64,000 nucleotides of DNA from positions 13,590 to 77,589 of IMG/VR virus record IMGVR_UViG_3300036828_000771. The stretch is one strand, 5' to 3'. Position numbers and translations under genes: made by a program. Shown here one piece after another: positions 62,027 to 64,000 of the stretch. Position 1 is the stretch's first letter. Each line of letters opens with the position of its first letter. Under the pieces are notes generated by a model, which did no database searches, was not told the origin of the DNA, and worked only from the letters and a program-made list of their open reading frames with translations. This DNA is from a virus.

Positions 62027-63960
62027 TTCGCGCAGCCGGCGTCATGATCGTGAGCGCTGGCGGCAAGGTGCTGTTTCTGAAGCGGTCGAAGTCGGGCGAT
62101 CAGGCTGGCAAATGGTGCTTTCCGGGCGGCGGCATCGAAGGCAACGAAACGCCAAAGGAAGCGGCGATCAGAGAACTGGACGAGGAGGCAGGAGTCCGGG
62201 CGGAGCCTGAGCATCTGACGTTCTGGACGCGGCGGGTGAAGGACGACGTGGACTTCACGACGTTCATCGTGCGCAACGTGGTCGAGTTCGAGCCCTACCT
62301 CAACGCCGAGCACACCCAGTACCTGTGGGCCGAGCCGCACCGGGCACCGCGCCCGCTCCATCCCGGCTGCGAGGTCTGCCTCGACAAGCTGGAGAGTGAC
62401 GAGCTTTGGGTGGCGCGGCAGATGCGCGACGGCGAGCTTCACGGCCCGCAGCAGTACGAGAATCTGTGGCTGTTCGCGCTGCGCATCACCGGCACCGGGC
62501 AGGCGTTCCGGCACAAGTGGGACGAGTACGTCATCCGTGATCCGGCGCTCTACCTGAACGAGGACTTTCTCGCGCGCTGCGCCGGCCTGCCGGTAATCCT
62601 CGAACATCCCGAGACCTCGGTGCTGAACACCGAAGAGTTCAAGGACCGCACGGTTGGTACGATCATGCTGCCCTATATCAAGGGCGACGAAGTCTGGGGC
62701 ATCGCGAAGATTTACGATGCCGATGCCGTCAACATCATGCTGAACGAGCAGTTGTCCACGTCACCGGCGGTGGTGTGGAGAGACCCAGACGTGAACTCCG
62801 AGCAGGAACTTGAGAACGGACTGACATCCCTGCGCGAAGGAAAGCCGACTTTGGTGGATCACCTCGCCATCTGCAAGGTCGGCGTCTGGGACAAAGGCGG
62901 GAAACCCGAGGGCATAGACTTAGGAGGCCTAATCATGCCTGATAATGCGAAGCCAAAAGTCGCCGCCGATGATGCAGACAAGGGCGGCATGGGAAGATTG
63001 CTGAAGGGCCTCGAAGCGCTCAACAGCAAGATCGATTCCATCTTCACGCGCGTCGACTCCATCGAGGCCAAGCAGGCCAAGAAGAAGGCGCGCGCCGATG
63101 ATGACGATGAAGGGGGCGGCGAGGACAAGCCGAAGCCGCCGCTGCCGACGCCCGGTGCTGAAGGCGAGCCGTCTCCTGTCGCGGCCGACAAGAAGCGGAA
63201 GGACGACGATCAAGCCGTCCCGCCGAAGGCGAAGGCTGCGCCAGTGCCACCGATGCCACCGCCCAAGCTCGATGACGATGATGACGACGAGGGCGAGGAC
63301 AAGAAGATGCCGCCGGAGTTCCTGAAGAACATCAAGAAGGACGACGACGACGATGAAGGCGACGACAAGGAGGAGAAGGAAGAGGAGGAGAAGGAAGTCG
63401 CCGACGACGCCGGTGGGAAGAAGGTCGCATGGGGCAAGGGCAAGTCGCGCGCCGATGGCACGGTGCGCGTCAAGACCACCGACCTGAACGCCCTGCGGCG
63501 CGAACTCGCCGAGGTCCGGTCTCGCCTGCCCAAGGATCGCGGCGACGAGGACGCGGCTGCCATGGCCGAGGATCAGGCGCGCTGCGATTCGGTGGCGCTG
63601 ATGTTCGGTGCGTCGGCCCCTCGGCCGCTCGCCGGTGAGGCGCGCGCTGCCTACCGGCTGCGCATGTTGGAGCCGTACAAGAAGTACAGCGCCAACTGGA
63701 AGGACGTGCCGCTTGAAGTGGTGGCCGTCGATGAGGCCGCATTGGGCGTGGTCGAGAAGCAGATTTACGACACTGCTCGACTGGCCGCGCGCGATCCCGC
63801 CAGCGTCCCGGTGGGCACGCTGCGGGCTGTTCAAACCCGCACGCCCACGGGTCATCTTGAGACCCGCTTCATGGGCAGCCCGAGCGTCTGGCTGAACCGT
63901 GGCACCCCCAACCGGCGCTACGTCAAAGCCATCAACCTGATGAAGGATAACCGGCCATGA
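62023..63960 (+). CDS. Nudix hydrolase - DUF2213 prohead protease - scaffold fusion
   Basis: Intact Nudix box GGIEGNETPKEAAIRELDEEAGV; PVILEHP, LSTSP, DHLAIC..GVWD; acidic, charged scaffold tail. Confidence 0.85.
   Translation: MIRAAGVMIVSAGGKVLFLKRSKSGDQAGKWCFPGGGIEGNETPKEAAIRELDEEAGVRAEPEHLTFWTRRVKDDVDFTTFIVRNVVEFEPYLNAEHTQYLWAEPHRAPRPLHPGCEVCLDKLESDELWVARQMRDGELHGPQQYENLWLFALRITGTGQAFRHKWDEYVIRDPALYLNEDFLARCAGLPVILEHPETSVLNTEEFKDRTVGTIMLPYIKGDEVWGIAKIYDADAVNIMLNEQLSTSPAVVWRDPDVNSEQELENGLTSLREGKPTLVDHLAICKVGVWDKGGKPEGIDLGGLIMPDNAKPKVAADDADKGGMGRLLKGLEALNSKIDSIFTRVDSIEAKQAKKKARADDDDEGGGEDKPKPPLPTPGAEGEPSPVAADKKRKDDDQAVPPKAKAAPVPPMPPPKLDDDDDDEGEDKKMPPEFLKNIKKDDDDDEGDDKEEKEEEEKEVADDAGGKKVAWGKGKSRADGTVRVKTTDLNALRRELAEVRSRLPKDRGDEDAAAMAEDQARCDSVALMFGASAPRPLAGEARAAYRLRMLEPYKKYSANWKDVPLEVVAVDEAALGVVEKQIYDTARLAARDPASVPVGTLRAVQTRTPTGHLETRFMGSPSVWLNRGTPNRRYVKAINLMKDNRP
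62935..63960 (+). CDS. Probable in-frame nested scaffold protein
   Basis: Strong internal RBS TAGGAGG upstream of in-frame ATG (MPDNAKPK). Confidence 0.6.
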   Translation: MPDNAKPKVAADDADKGGMGRLLKGLEALNSKIDSIFTRVDSIEAKQAKKKARADDDDEGGGEDKPKPPLPTPGAEGEPSPVAADKKRKDDDQAVPPKAKAAPVPPMPPPKLDDDDDDEGEDKKMPPEFLKNIKKDDDDDEGDDKEEKEEEEKEVADDAGGKKVAWGKGKSRADGTVRVKTTDLNALRRELAEVRSRLPKDRGDEDAAAMAEDQARCDSVALMFGASAPRPLAGEARAAYRLRMLEPYKKYSANWKDVPLEVVAVDEAALGVVEKQIYDTARLAARDPASVPVGTLRAVQTRTPTGHLETRFMGSPSVWLNRGTPNRRYVKAINLMKDNRP

Positions 63961-64000
63961 CGATCAGCATCTCTCCCCAGATCACCAAGACGGCGGCGGG
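63957..64000 (+). CDS. Start of next head gene (partial; decoration or capsid protein expected)
   Basis: ATGA overlap; MTISISPQITKTAA truncated by the window end. Confidence 0.45.
   Translation, partial: MTISISPQITKTAA

Overview
About 64 kb of a GC-rich, contractile-tailed (myovirus-type) dsDNA phage or prophage. An alphaproteobacterial host is inferred from a GapR-like gene and CTTG-N17-CTAAAT/CTATAT-type promoters. Layout: (1) 1-11.2 kb (+): baseplate spike, wedge and J/I proteins, then four modular tail-fibre genes. (2) 11.4-36.3 kb (-): early and accessory arm with NADAR, Imm, DUF932, a HerA-like ATPase, Sak4-like and RecE-like recombination genes and many small ORFs; a lone M15 endolysin sits on the opposite strand. 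(3) 36.4-47.8 kb, mostly (+): Cro-like HTH, RuvC-like resolvase, ProQ/FinO, ParB-MT-A70 methylase, AAA_25 helicase with an iteron-like cluster, and a NusG/RfaH paralog. (4) 47.8-64 kb (+): terS, terL, portal, MuF, a ~2000-aa polyvalent protein, and a Nudix-DUF2213 protease-scaffold gene. No integrase, tRNA, CRISPR array or reverse transcriptase is visible. The most notable signal is a candidate capsid-cargo system: one 19-aa heptad tag ending in R-[LV]-D is shared by the scaffold, two small proteins and two modules of the GNAT/GNAT/ParB/ART polyprotein, which also hides a nested out-of-frame gene. Other signals are a family of covarying RNA hairpins and several structured intergenic RNAs alongside a phage ProQ, and a 20-bp palindromic operator repeated across the genome. 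All family calls come from motif recognition by eye, not database searches.
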